Shown here one piece after another: positions 40,536-54,120 of a stretch of 64,000 bases of DNA. Positions within the stretch are counted from its first letter, which is position 1. Every line of letters starts with the position of its first letter. The notes beneath the pieces were generated by a model. It did not search any database, was not told the origin of the DNA, and was given only the letters and a program-made list of their open reading frames with translations. The translations under genes were made by a program, and so were the position numbers. This DNA is from Trichinella spiralis (lineage: Eukaryota): contig NW_003526943.1 in assembly GCF_000181795.1 (NCBI RefSeq), forward strand, positions 7,926,672 to 7,990,671, read 5' to 3'.

Positions 40536-41476
40536 ACCTGCTCTGCTTTCTAAAATTGATTTAGGCTCGTCATTTTATTATTATTATTTTGTTTTCGTCA
40601 TTTTTATATTTCATCTCAAATAATAATTACAGTACCATATATAGTTTTTTCCTAGTATTTATTTCAACTTTAATTTTTTTATTTTGCAAATCCAAAGAGC
40701 TCGCCACTTCCATCTATCCATCATCATCATCATTATTTTTACCACCGTTAACCAAAAATGATATTATTCTATAACTGCTACACATTTTTTACTTCTCTTA
40801 GTTGCCATCTGGCTGAATTGAATCGTAGTAGTGCATGCATGCAACTGTAACTGCCGCTTGATTTGTCTTGTTCAATTTTTTTTGAAAAAAATGCTCACTC
40901 ATTTTTGATGCTTCACTTTTCGTCTCAGCGTGTGCAAAAAATCCAACTTGTGTGTGTGCCTGTGAGATAATTGCTGCAGTTTAATGAGTTTGTGTTTTTT
41001 TTGCATTTTTCTAGCGCTTTCGTCATCCTAGCTTTGGTGCACTTCAGTTTTACCTACGTCTGCCAGGAGCGGCTCCAAGCCGAATTTCTCAATCTTCTCT
41101 TTTCTCTTTTTTCAATTGAAAAAAAATAATGCACACAAACTTGTCTGAGTGTTTTAAGCGAATGGTGAGAAAAATTAAAAGCATCCTTTGCTTTTTCATT
41201 TTGGCGAGAAATCCGGTCGTTTAGAGTATACTGAAATATTTGTTTAGCTATTTGCGGTGGATAATTATTTTTTTCCGTTTTCATACAAATCTTCATAATT
41301 ATATTCTTTTTTTACTTTTTTTAATTCCTGAGTAAAAACAGACAAGCTTTGTGATATTTATTTGATTTTTGCAAGCACGGTTGGTTGTGTTTGTAAGAAG
41401 AAAAAATAATGATATATGTGTATATGTGTAATGCATAGTATATGTATTATTCTTTTTTTGCGTGATCCCAATACAG

Positions 41477-43936
41477 GAACTGAATGCACATAACAAATTG
41501 GCTGTGAAGATATTGAACGAGCTGATCGACGTGCCTGAACACTTATGTTGCCGGGCTTTGTGCAAGCTGCTACCGGAACTGTACTTGAAAGAGAACATCA
41601 GTCGTGAAGAACTGATCCTCATACAAGAACTCTGCCACAAAGCTGAAATGGTAAATATTCTTATCAATCTTTCCCATTTCATCCTCGAGAAAGATATCAA
41701 AAGTTGAATTTGAATTATTTTCCCCTAGAAAATGTCTTTTTCTTATTTTTTTTGATTTTTTCTTTGTTTCAACTTTTTTTCACAACTGAAAATAAATGAG
41801 AGTAGGTGAAAGTTAAAAATTACATACAACACGCCTCGCATTTCGATGTCACTGGTTAAATGGGTCTTCTCTTTTCAGGCATTGACGAACAAACAGTGCG
41901 TGAATTATGTCACCAAACTGGTCGACAAGATACAAGATCTTCTTGCATGCATGGTAAGTAAGGCATGTTCAAAAGTGAAACGGGTCACTTTTTCGGGTGT
42001 GGCTCCATTTATTTATTTGTTTATACGTGCATTTTTTAAAAAAATTTCTCTTCGTACCTTTCTTTTTAAAAATATTTTATGTAAATTCCTCATGTGCATG
42101 GTCATTATTATTGTTATTAGAAATTTCATCTTCATTATCTTAAAATTTTACAGTAAGATAATTTTTGAAAAAAAAGTAAAAGTGGCATGGATGATCAACT
42201 CTGATTCGCAGGGGTTTCTTGTTTTTCTTTTTTCACCTTGGCCTTCAGTGTTTGCTTTGTAGCATAAGAAAAGTTAAGTGGAAAATAATTTTGATAATCG
42301 AAAATTCATGTCCTCCATATTTTGAATCCACTATCATAAATTCATAAAATAATTTATCGAATAACATCACTACCTAAGTTATTATTTTCAATTTTTGTTT
42401 CTGTCTTTTCTGTCAAGCTTTATGAGTTGAGCTATTTGAGTACAACTGTTAAATAATATTGAACTGAAATGAATGCTATTCAATAATTGTGAATAGTTCA
42501 TTTTCGAGCTTTTTTAAAACCTGTGTAATGCGACGAAAGTAATTATCGTTCAAGTGATCCTTCATATAAGCAGCATTTGCTTCTTCCTCTTTATTTTTTT
42601 GTGCTTCATATATTTTAATTATTATTTGGCAAATTATTAGGGTTAATCGAATCGTGAAACATTTCCAAAATTTGTTTTTTATTTAATTGTTTATGTTCCA
42701 TGATATATTGAACGCACAGTTGCAATAACATCATAAGTAATAATGATAATAACAACAACGGTAACATTATTTATTATTAATTGCATGGCTAGACGTTTTT
42801 CTGTTCTTATCTATCAGGTGTGGCGTTTTTCCGGTCTGTTTACGTCTTTAAAGGACATCAATGTTTAGTTGCTCTTGTAAATTCTGGCATCACGACATGT
42901 CACCAAAAATAATTTTATCGTAATTTATTGATTTATTGGTTTTCATTGTCTAATTTAAAAAAATTTTTCATTTTCAGCTTTATCATTGTGCATCGTCGAA
43001 TCAATCAGACCATCACATAATATTTATCATTGTACTATTTCAGTCGGCTGGTTGAATTTCAGTTGTTTCTTTTTTTTACTTTAGAAAAACCTGTTAATTA
43101 ATCAGATTTTATTTTGACATGATAATTAATGATCATCAATTTAAAGCAATTTTTTTGTAAAAAAGTTTAAATTGTGAAAGCTTTTTGCATCAGTTTCACT
43201 TTTCTAAATGGCACGTGTAATTCTTTTTACTTCATGTGATTTTAGATAAATTAATAATTTTAATTTATGATGACGATTTATTTTGTTTATGTTTTTATTA
43301 ATTTTTCTTCGAACTTTGTAATTTCTAATCTGTTGTGAATTTGTTCTCACTGATTCACTTGGAGCAGCTTTTTTGAAATGCTAATTTTGCACCTGGGTTC
43401 GAGCATGGATAATGAAAAATTTAACAGTAAGAGAAAAATGTAGTTGATCGGAAAATTTAATATCATTATACTGAAAGTAGTTTATTTTATAAAAATGACC
43501 TGCAATTATATTGAAATTTTACCCTTTACCAGTGAACTGAGAATACTTTTCATGTCAAATTGATTTGCATTATTGAATAAAAATTGTAAATTTAAATTGT
43601 TTCTACATAAAATCACTCCGTAAACCAGCATCCCACTTGCAAACAGCAGTGCATTTCATATTTGTTTGTTAAATTTTGTTGTTGTTTTTTTTGTAGCCGA
43701 GTTCAGAAGATGAAATGTCTGGATCTGTTACGTCCGATTCGCATACGCATCATTCTTCTGCGCATGTTGAATTGATGGGTCCTTCTTTGCAAGTGGATGT
43801 ACAGGCCCGTAAAGATGGTCATATTACAAATACCGATAACAACGAATCTGACGTTGAAATGGAAACTGAGGATGCTGATGTTGATTTTGATGCAATGAGA
43901 GAAACATTGAGCCACCAAAATGATCCAAATGACTGA
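41477..43936 (+). CDS. 3' exons of a condensin I CAP-G-like gene (partial)
   Basis: Phase-0 exons 41477-41650, 41879-41953 and 43697-43936 give 'AHNKLAVKILNELIDVPEHLCCRALCKLLPEL...LTNKQCVNYVTKLVDKI' plus an acidic tail. This resembles the NCAPG C-terminal 'HDNLAMKICNEIL..P....R...K.L..L...KDRTC' region (recalled, not searched). Confidence 0.55.
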
Positions 43937-43998
43937 ATAATGAAAGCATACAATAGCAATTACATTTTATATTTTATTATTCATTATTTTAAAACTGT

Positions 43999-44004
<6 letters not shown>

Positions 44005-44031
<27 letters not shown>
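44005..44031. repeat. (TA)n microsatellite
   Basis: Perfect TA run. Confidence 0.9.
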
Positions 44032-44035
<4 letters not shown>

Positions 44036-44478
44036 TGCTTTTTAGTTCAGAATATTTTTATGCAGTGATTTGTTGTTATGAAATAGTGAATGGACAAGGA
44101 TTTTTGTTTTTTGTACATTGATTAACTCTTAATACTTCACTTGTTCAGTTTTGATTTTTTTTCCTCTCCCTCTCTCTTCTGTACAGAATGGAATAAATCA
44201 TTGTCATTTACATTTGCTATTGTTGTCTCAGTCTTCTATTACTGATAGAAAAATACAATTGAACTTAATTTAAAAAATATCATATATACATTTTAATTAT
44301 GCAATTGACTATTATGAATAATTCCATTCATATAGATGAATTATTTTGAAGTTAAATTGCATTTACTGGGTGGTGTGCAAGTGTACAAACAAGTGAAAGC
44401 AATGATCCACAGAAACAACATAGGAGAAAGAGAGAGAGAGAGAAAGATTGTTCTATTCAGATCAGTTAACAGGGAATT

Positions 44479-46394
44479 TCACAGCACCGCACTTTGTGCT
44501 TGATGATCAGTGTCGTTGTTCGAAGTGGAAGTGGAAGTGAAATATTCAAAACAATGATTTTGCATTCGGACCAACATTTCGGAAAAGCTTTTGCAAAAAT
44601 CCCCCAGATCCATCCTGTATTCACTGTCCATTCTCAGTTCCACGTACAGTCGATGTTTGTTGTTCACCAACAGGCCGGCCAATTTCAGTAGAAAAGAAGA
44701 GTTGTCGGTGACATCGATCAGGGCTTTGGAAATGCACACTTCGCAGTTGTGGGGAAATTTACTTTCCGGACAGTGAAAGCAAAGTCGCTTGGCAACCGAA
44801 CCGCGGTGAATCCAAGTCGAGGCAGTGGACCGGCAGTTGAACTCGAACGCTCCCACGCTGAAACGTTGGGGGCAGTTTGAGGGATCTGCAAACGCGGCAT
44901 TCAGCTGGTCGTTCAAATCGCCAGTTGCCTTCACAGTGTCCACGTTGAACAAGTAAATCTCCTTCAACGTGTACAATACTGTACGCAGGGACAAATGGAA
45001 GAATAGACGGAAACTTTCTCCACTGTCAACGACTAAGCGCTTCTCGACCATTTCCCGTTGCAAGCAGTCGTAAATGAACGCATTCGGCTTGATCAGCACT
45101 CGGTACTTGCCGATGCATTCAATCGAACGGTCCATCTCCCTGAAGTCCATCGTCCCGTCGTCGTCGTCCTTTTCGTCTTCTTCTTCTGCTTCCCCCTCTG
45201 GATGTATGGAAAACAATCGTGGACATAGTGCCAATTTGGAACCACCGTCGGACAAAACCGATTTCATCACCATCCTCCAAGTACGTTCGACAAAGATGCG
45301 GAACAGAAACGCCGCGTTGCGTCTTATGGACGCGGCCGGATTGTGCGTACAGTCCAACGGATCTTGGACGTTGACGTGGCTAAATTTGAACAAATTGTCC
45401 ACAGATTTGTCGATTGCAAGCTGAGAAGATTCGGTCAAAAATTCCATCGACGACACAACATCCGCTCGTCGAGGTTGGAATACCACATCGCGCAACGTCA
45501 AAGGCAACTGGTGAAGAAAACAGACAAATTTGGCGAACAGACGAGACACCGAAGGGACTTTTTTACAATTATTCTGCTGCTGTAAAGCTGAAAGAGAAAT
45601 CAAACCGACAACAAACAAGCAAAACAACTGCATTTAACAAACACTGTTTTGAAAAGAAAAGCTAAATTTGCATACTCAACTGTGACATCTCATCTTCGGA
45701 AAGATCGGATTTGCAAGGTATATAGCCACTTTGTCGAAGAAAAGTTATCAATATCAACAGCAACGGATAAGAGTTGAATTTTTCCTCCTTGCTGTCCATG
45801 AATTCAGAAATCCAAAAGCGGATCAACGAAGCAAGCCGTGGTAGCCATTCGCCGTATGTGTCGGCAAATTGTCGAAGCCACCGAGTTGTTCTCACTGAAT
45901 GCATGTTGTTCAACGACAGTTCGCATCTGTAATTTCCATTGCAACGGAAATGAATTAGCGGACACCTTTTACTCTGCACCAAGTGTGCCTTGCCTTCTAA
46001 ACCGGGCCATTTTTGAAGTAATTTATAAAATTGTTCAACAGGTGAACCCGGTGAATCCACAACTTCTATATTCGTAATGCAAAAAACAACAAATTGCAAT
46101 TTTCCATTAAATCAAATCGAATCAAATCTCACCTTTGCTTTCAGTCGGTGTGCTTCGATAAAAGACTGTCATATCAACGTCACTATTTTGCCATCCGAAA
46201 CCATTTACGGATGATCCAAACAGCACCACCTCCACATTTTCATGGCAACTCTGAAAATACGTTTCCAAACGACTGCACAACTTTTCCCGTTCTGTGATTT
46301 CAGTAATTTTCCGCATTTCATGTATTACAATGGATTGCTCTTCAAGTTCATTTGCTTTGGAAAATAAAGTCAACAACTCCTCGGACGGAGTCAT
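44479..46394 (-). CDS. Non-canonical poly(A)/terminal uridylyl transferase, TUT1 (U6 TUTase/Star-PAP)-like
   Basis: Nucleotidyltransferase motif 'LFGSSVNGFGWQNSDVDM', 'RCPLIHF', 'FNSYPLLLILITFL', PAP-associated 'VQDPLDCTHNPA', and a C-terminal KA1-like segment. Three coding exons. Confidence 0.75.
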
Positions 46395-47308
46395 TTCTTC
46401 TTACTCTGAAATGATAATTATACGATAAACATGAACTTTCAGCTTACGTGCTTAATATAAACGGTGCATACAGACTCAAACAAACACAACAACAGCAACG
46501 GCATAAATAGAAAAAAATTCTCTACAATTGTCAATTGCAGTACATCCTAACATTTACAATACAATAACAAAAAAGAGCTTCCCTGACAATAAACTGAGTA
46601 CAACAATTGCGTTATTTCGTTTGCTTCAAAGTATTAAAGTGTTAAAATTAAAAAAAATAGCATTATTTAAATGACAACAATTTTCTTAAAAATGAAAAAT
46701 AACAAACGTTAAACTATAATATTCTATCCAACATATTTAAAAAAATATGCCTTATTGAAAACTAACTAAACAGTGAAGTTCTAATATGATTTAAAATGAA
46801 AAAATAATTAAATTGAAAATTCGTTGAACAAAATACTGTAACGCCTTAATGATTTTCAAGGTTATGTTTATTCAATAGAATCTTCACGAGTAATTTTTAA
46901 TCAAAAAGATAAATAATTGTCATAGCATTTCATTAAATATGTGAAGTGTGATGTTTTGTTTCGATTACGATTTCAGATTTCTTTCATGAAATTTTTTACA
47001 TTGTTAACATTTTGTTGCTTATTATTCGACAGCGCCTTTAAATGAAACGAGTGAATTTCATTGAGCTTGCGCTTCATATTATTGGCAAAGTAAATGTCAT
47101 TGGTTCAGAATAAAAAATATTAATATGATTTTCAAAGGGGCAAATTATTTGGATTTACTTTGTTTTCGAGCTTTTTTAAACAAAAGTACTTTATACTCAC
47201 TACTCGTAATCTGAAATTGTGTATTTTTACCACATTTTGCTTGCTTGACAATTATCAAACACATTTTATTCAACAAATACAAATCGTAAATTTCGTCACA
47301 TCTGCTGA

Positions 47309-48868
47309 CTAATCCGAATCTGACATATTCCAATCAACTAGTAAGTCTTCATTGTTGTGATTGTTGTCAACAGAATTATTGTGCATTTTTGAAAATTTGT
47401 TTTCGCTTGTTTTCTTGTTGCTCTGCTTTTGATTTTCGCCATTCATTTTCTGCCTTTTAACAGCTTTCACTTTCGTGGCACGTTTCAAATCATTTTCTGC
47501 TACTTCTTCCTTAAAATATGAGCATAATAAGGATGCAAATTTGCAAAAACTGAAACAACAATTTGGATAAACAGACTTCGTTGGAAATGAAATTTTTGAT
47601 ATCCTTCTCGCGTTGTTTGATTGCATTGAATTTGCAAAAGTGCAATTCCAAAGGTGACTGGCCTTTGTCAGCAATGTTCAGTTCTGATGCAGGCTTTTTT
47701 GCAAACCCAGTCACCGCTCCTCGACGTCGTTCCACAATGAATGCCGACTGTTTACGCAATACTTCGCACAAATCTTTGATTTGCGTAGAAAATTCTGCAC
47801 AACGACATTTCTTCACGTATTTATTCAACTAAATAATAATAAATAAATAAACAAAAATTATTACGTGTAAAACAATAAATAATGCACCTACCCGTTGCAG
47901 AGGAATGAAAATCAATTCCGGAAAAGCGACGTTGAAACGATGCAAGTGAAAAAATTTGAGCAACAATTCAATGAAATTTTCCATAACGGCCACTTTGAAT
48001 CCGCTTTCCAATATCTGGGATGAGGAAACTTTCAAGGTGCAATCGAAGTCAATTGGCTTCAACGACGAACGTTTAACTTTACCGTCCAAGTCGACCATCT
48101 GCAATATCTGAAAAATAATAATTCCAATGGTCAAAAAATGATAAAAACATCAAAAATCATTTACTTTGATCAAAGTCAAATGCACAGGTATGAACTGCTT
48201 GCAATTTTCGCTTAACTTCAGCAAACTTCTCGTGATCAAAAATATCAAAGGCAAACACTTTGCTGAAGGCAACAATCTTAGAAGAAAAAAATCTCTTTTC
48301 AATAAAAACAAACAATATCACTGATAACAGAAATTTAAATATCACCTCATGCAACCGAAACTGACTTGCACAACTGGATAACGAAGTGGATGCCAAATTC
48401 GTTGGTTTGGATGCTGAACAAGAACATGACACCACAGATTTATAGATTGAACAAAATGCCACGAATGTACAGAATTAATCGCTTTCTGAAGAACATTTTT
48501 AACATTCAAAAAAAGCATTCATCTACAAGCAATAAAAAATCACTTTTGTATTTTGAGTATAGGCATTTCTTAAGCTTATCGCTAACTGTCGGATGAATAA
48601 AAATGCATTTTTGTACGTTATTGAAGGTTGTACAGCGCAGAGGCTTGAAAAGCAATCCTAAAACCAAGTAAAATCACTTTCCACATCTCACCGAAAGTAT
48701 GATGTATTTTTTTACACATCATTACCACCTATTTTCTTACCTGCATTAAATGAACAGATGACCAGTTTGAATAAGTAATGATTTTTGAATTTCGTACGTA
48801 AGCCAAATACATTCGCTGAATAATATATTAAAATATATATTAAATAAAATAAATTATTAACAGAATGC

Positions 48869-48899
<31 letters not shown>

Positions 48900-50184
48900 A
48901 ATTTTGAAATTCACCCTAAAAACCATTTCGTAAACATCTTCTGGAAGCATCTTTACAAGTTTCTCGATGCAATCATATGCAAGCCTTCTACACTTTTCTT
49001 CTTTTGTTGTCCAAACGGATATTAATTTCTAAAATTTGATCACCATTATGCCTTGCGGTTTGAAAAATACAGTTTCTACTCTGAGAAGCATTTGCGACGT
49101 CCGTAAAAGAACAGAATAGTATTGGATCACTTTCAAAACATGTGCCAAAGTAGCTGCAAGCACGTCAGCATTTTGCAATTCAGGGATGAGCTAAAGCAAA
49201 TAATCAACAAATGGCAAACTAGGAAATAAAATTAAATATTGCTATACTCTTAGTAAAAGTCTCAAATAGGTTCTAACTAGTGGAAACAATTTTCTCCATT
49301 TGCCTTTCTTTCGACTTCGCTTCGATGGTGCTGCATTCGATTTCACAATATTTATCCACATTGACGGAAAAAGGGTAAAACAATAACGCAATACTGCATT
49401 AACATCTAAATTTTCATCACTTAATGTATACTGACAATTAATGACGCATAAATCGTGCACTGTACCTTCAATTCCATTTACAGTTCCTGATACGGCAAAT
49501 TTGCTTACATCAACTCCAACTTCTGCTACAGCTGCAGCAAATTTACCAACAATAAAACGAAGGGCACTCATTTTATTATTCTGTTAATGAAAACCCATAT
49601 GTAAATGTAAAAAACGCTTCATTTCATGTAAAAGGATAAAAATAAAAAAAAATTCTTTTCGCATTTCTCAAACATAATTATTTCAATTATTCATTAGCAA
49701 AAAAGACGTACTTTCAATTTCTGTAAAAGTGTTTCTTCAAATGGTTGATCAGCGTCAACATCAGCTTCAAAATCATCCTCAGCAGCGTTTTCCTCCTAAA
49801 AATTCCCACTTAAAAAATACAGATATAAAAACTTTTTCCAAACCTCAAATTCGCTGTCGTCATCTTCCGCAGAGAAACTGTCATCTATGTCATTTCCATC
49901 TTTATCATACATTTCCTCTTCATCGACTCCCAATTCTGCTTCATTTAATTCATCAAGATATCCTTCAAGAGTACCATCTGTAAAGATATCTGGATCTTCA
50001 TCTTTCAAAAATTCATAAAATTCCGGATCAGTCTCTTGCAGATGCAACGATAACTTCTTTCTCTGTTCATCACCATTTTCGGTTGACAGTTGCCTGGTTA
50101 TATGGTTGTTATTAAAATTTATACAATTCGCTTTTTTTAATGATTTAAATACCTCTTCCGTGTTTTGCCTTTATTTTTTCCCAT
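47309..50184 (-). CDS. NOC2L: Nucleolar complex protein 2 homolog, multi-exon
   Basis: 'LQETDPEFYEFLKDEDPDIF', an acidic tract, 'KWRKLFPLVRTYL', 'KPIDFDCTLKVS', 'VAFPELIFIP'. ATG at 50184. Confidence 0.9.
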
Positions 50185-53100
50185 TACAATTTACTCAACA
50201 AATATAAGACGAAATTTGACTAATTACTGTATAAATAGTGATTGCAGGTACAAATGTAACCGCTAAACGAAACAAAACAAGTACTCTAAATTACATTCAG
50301 TTAGTAGTGCATTCAAAAATTATTATTATAAATGAACACGTTCAAATATCTTAAATAAAAATTTCAGCTTATTTTTAAATAATTTTAAATAAAAAAATGT
50401 TATCCTGATTCAGTTTATTTATGAAATCAGAATGGCACAAATTCAATTTTAATGTCACTAAATAATAATAAAACAATAATGAATTAATTCTAAAAAATGG
50501 CAGATGTTTTCAAAGCATGCTGTTTTATAAAAAAAAGCATATCTGCGTATGATAGAACAGCTAAAAATCTGCGTCAACTCATTTGCTAATAGAAACTTAA
50601 CTGTCATTTTGTATAGTTTACAGAAGATTGCCGACTGGCTTTTTGTTTTGACCTTTTCATTTTTTTCTTCACTATTTGAAAACTTTATTTATTGTGGAAT
50701 ATATAAATATAAATATAAATATAAATATTTTTTTGATGTTTGCGAATGAAAATGAAGATTGCAATTAACAAATATGTTGATATTTGATATAATTGATTTC
50801 GATAAACATCAAAGTATAGTTAACATTGAATTTAATTTTTAATTGATGCAATTTATTTGTTGATCTTGTTTTAATGTGAATTTCATTACCCTTGTTACAT
50901 CAGCATTTGTTTTCTTTAATGTTCTTATTTACCGTATAGTAAAGTTTCTTGTGTTGTTATTTTTAATACTATTCAAATTACTTTTGAAATGTGGCATTAA
51001 ATGTCCACTTGTACATACAGGCAAAATGAAATGATGCAAAATTAAAGCTAATTAGTCGATTATGCCTCAATAAATAAATGAATTGGTCTGGCATTCGATG
51101 GTTTGCAAACGATAGTGAAAATAGCACCCACTAATTGTTTGTGCACGATGAATAATAATGGTTGACGCAAGTGATGTTGGTTATTTTTTCATAAAACTTT
51201 TTAAATATCATGACTGTGCCGTTTGTTGAAAAAAATTTTGAATTTCCATATTATTACGTTTGTCGTACAATATATTGGTGTTAATTTGTTTGGAAAAGTG
51301 ACTTTGATGAGAAATTGGTGCAATTTATAGCTGCTATAATGGGCATTTTCTTCGTTGATCATCGTCAAAGAAAAAACCAAGAGTGGAAATAATTGCAATG
51401 CTGTTATGTCGGTTTTATTCAAAGATGTTTAATTGGATGCGTGGTTGAAATTCAGTGACGATGAGTTTTCTTTTTGACAACATTTTTTTCATGAACACAT
51501 GTCACATTTGAACAATTGAAGCTGAATCATAGGTAGGAAATTTATTATTTTCAAAGGGATTTTTTTGTCTCTATCAACATTTTCACCTTTTTATCAATTT
51601 TGCATGTCAAAGCTGTGAGTAAGATTTTGTTGAAAGAAAAAAATGGTCTTGTAGGCGTCAGTGTGACTTGTAGGTTATTAAAATTGTAAGAAAGGCATCT
51701 TTAAGAGGAAGTTTAAAGCCGAAACCGCTTGCTGGGTTTGTTTTCCGAGGTCGGCTTGGAATGTTTGAATATTTTAGAAGTTTAAATCTGGTTGATAAAT
51801 TTGCCCACACGTCTGTAAACAGTGCACCTTCAAAACGTGAGTCATCTTTGAGCAAATTTCATTTCTCAGATATCGGTCGCTTTGCCGGTCGGCAACAAAC
51901 AAGCACAATACAGGCTAATGTTATAATCACAAAGTAAGCACAATTCTGACATTGCATTTTTATTTCATTTTTGATTTTTGTTAAATTATATTATTCATCA
52001 GGTATGAATTTTTACATTTTCCAACGTCTTGATTATTATTATTAAAAATTTGACATATCTCATTATTAACATTTGATCCTTGCTTTTAGGCTTCTTATTT
52101 TTCAATTAACTGTGAGAGAGAATTTTATGTTCTAAGCAAGTTTAATAAAGTGATGAAGATATTATAGGCTTTGATTTTTTTATTCGAATTCTTGCACCTA
52201 TAAAAACGTTAAAAATAACTTTTTAAAAATGGTTTTATTCAATGTAGACTGACAGTTCAAATTAGTTTTAACTGACTGAAATTACTTCATATGATTTTAC
52301 AGTTTCTGCAAATGCAAAATATCAAATACAGGTATTTTATTTTATGAATGTATTATTTTTTCTCATAAAAACTGTCTGTTCATAAATAAATGAAAATTTA
52401 TAGGTGCATTGAGTAATAATTGTTTTCAAATGAACATCAATTAACCTTTTTAGTAATAACTGAAACTTAAGGAATGAAGAAAATTGTGATTAAATGAAAT
52501 ATATGTAGATTGCAAAAGATTGCAATAAAAAATAGAAAATAAACTTGAAAATGATATTCGTTTTTTATTAAAAAAATTTTTTCTTATCATATGAACAAAA
52601 GGTGATATTTCATATGGAATTGTCGATTATTTAATTAGTTGCGGTTACGTGAGATATATCATTTATCAAAGTACATATTGTCAATGAATTAAATTAATAC
52701 AACTTGCTTAATAAATTGTCAGATGGCAAAATAAATATTTACTTTTCAAAATGATATTACTATAAACATATTTTTAGCATTTCAATTGTAAATTATTTTC
52801 AAGGAAGCAATAAAGCACAATTGAAAACTGCTTTAATGCAATGCGGTTGAATGAATGCTTCTTGACACATTCATGAATGCTCAAGGTTATTTGTTTTGAT
52901 TTCATCTCTGGACATTTATTAACAATATTATTTGAAAATAATCATAATTTTTTAATTCAACTTTTTGATCAAGCATATGCATAATTTTGTTTGAGATGAA
53001 GAAGCGCGCGCGTGTGTGTAAAGATATATTTATTTATTTATTTATATTTGTATGAAGAACTATCTTAATGAACAGTAAATTCAAACTTTGAAAAAGTTTG

Positions 53101-53619
53101 CAGATTTTATCAGTAATACTTATACAATAGGAACATACTTGTAATTTCAATTATTCCTGAAGTAAAAAAATATTTTTGCACTGCAATTTACTTGTAAACG
53201 TGACTCGGCAATTTTTTGCATTTTACAGCTACTCCAGTTGAATGTGATAAAAATGTAATTTATATCAGTGCATAGTTTATGCAAAAAATAAATGAAAATC
53301 TTTATTTAGTTATGCTGATTTTCATTCAGCATATTATGCGCAGTCGATTCATTCGTGGAGTTTTCCGCAATGTATGTAATCTCAGTAAAATGTTGGCAGT
53401 ATAATAATTATAATATCTGTATGAAAATGAAAATATAAATATACACGAATAATGCATATACATGTACAAATTTCAATGTGTTGTGATTAATCTACAAAGG
53501 GCCAAATACCACTTTATCATTTATTGATAAAAAATTTGTATTAAAATAAGTAATATTATTAAAAGGATGAAAAGTTTGATTATATCAAGCTTAGAGCTGG
53601 TTATATCTCGTTTGGCCAC

Positions 53620-54120
53620 AATGATGATAGGTAAGCACAGACGAGCGGACGACGCCCTGATTACTGTGGCCCGGAAAATAGTACTGCTCCCAGAAAACTT
53701 TTGACAGCCTTGCCAGTGTCGGGGTGTGGGCAACGTCGGAAACGCAGAACCGGCGCTATCCTCGTCCTGATCAGCCCAGCTGTGGGTGCAGTCGTTGGAA
53801 TGATCGATGGACGACATGGGCGAAAGAGAAAAAAAAGAACACCAAGATTTGTCATCGTACACAGAAATGATCCGCGTGAGAGATACTGTAGTCATTCTGT
53901 CAAATGTGTCGTGAGAAACTCCGCCTGAGGGTCATTTAAAGACGCGTCTCATCAACGGTAGCCACATTTCCGGAAATAGTCTACGGTTCTCCGTTAGACG
54001 GCATTGTTATCAGGAACATAATTGACAGCATAGTTTCATCACATCTTTCTTCACTTCTTCCGGAGAAACTCAATCTACGCTGGAAAATTTGTGTTCAATT
54101 CGTTCTCACTTCCGTCCGCA
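53620..54120 (-). mobile_element. Highly decayed Ty3/Gypsy-like reverse transcriptase relic
   Basis: A GC-richer island. Minus-strand pieces, across frameshifts, read in the expected order: 'DGS.R..LN', 'VY-DD-ILVF', 'HVVH.RSFQRL..AGLI', 'PHPDTGKAVKSFLG'. Confidence 0.5.

Noticed and set aside
45588..45633. Apparent signal peptide 'MQLFCLFVVGLISLSA' at the start of ORF 44479-45633
   Set aside because: It lies in the intron of the TUT1-like gene. The in-phase acceptor is TTTCAG|CT TTA CAG just downstream.
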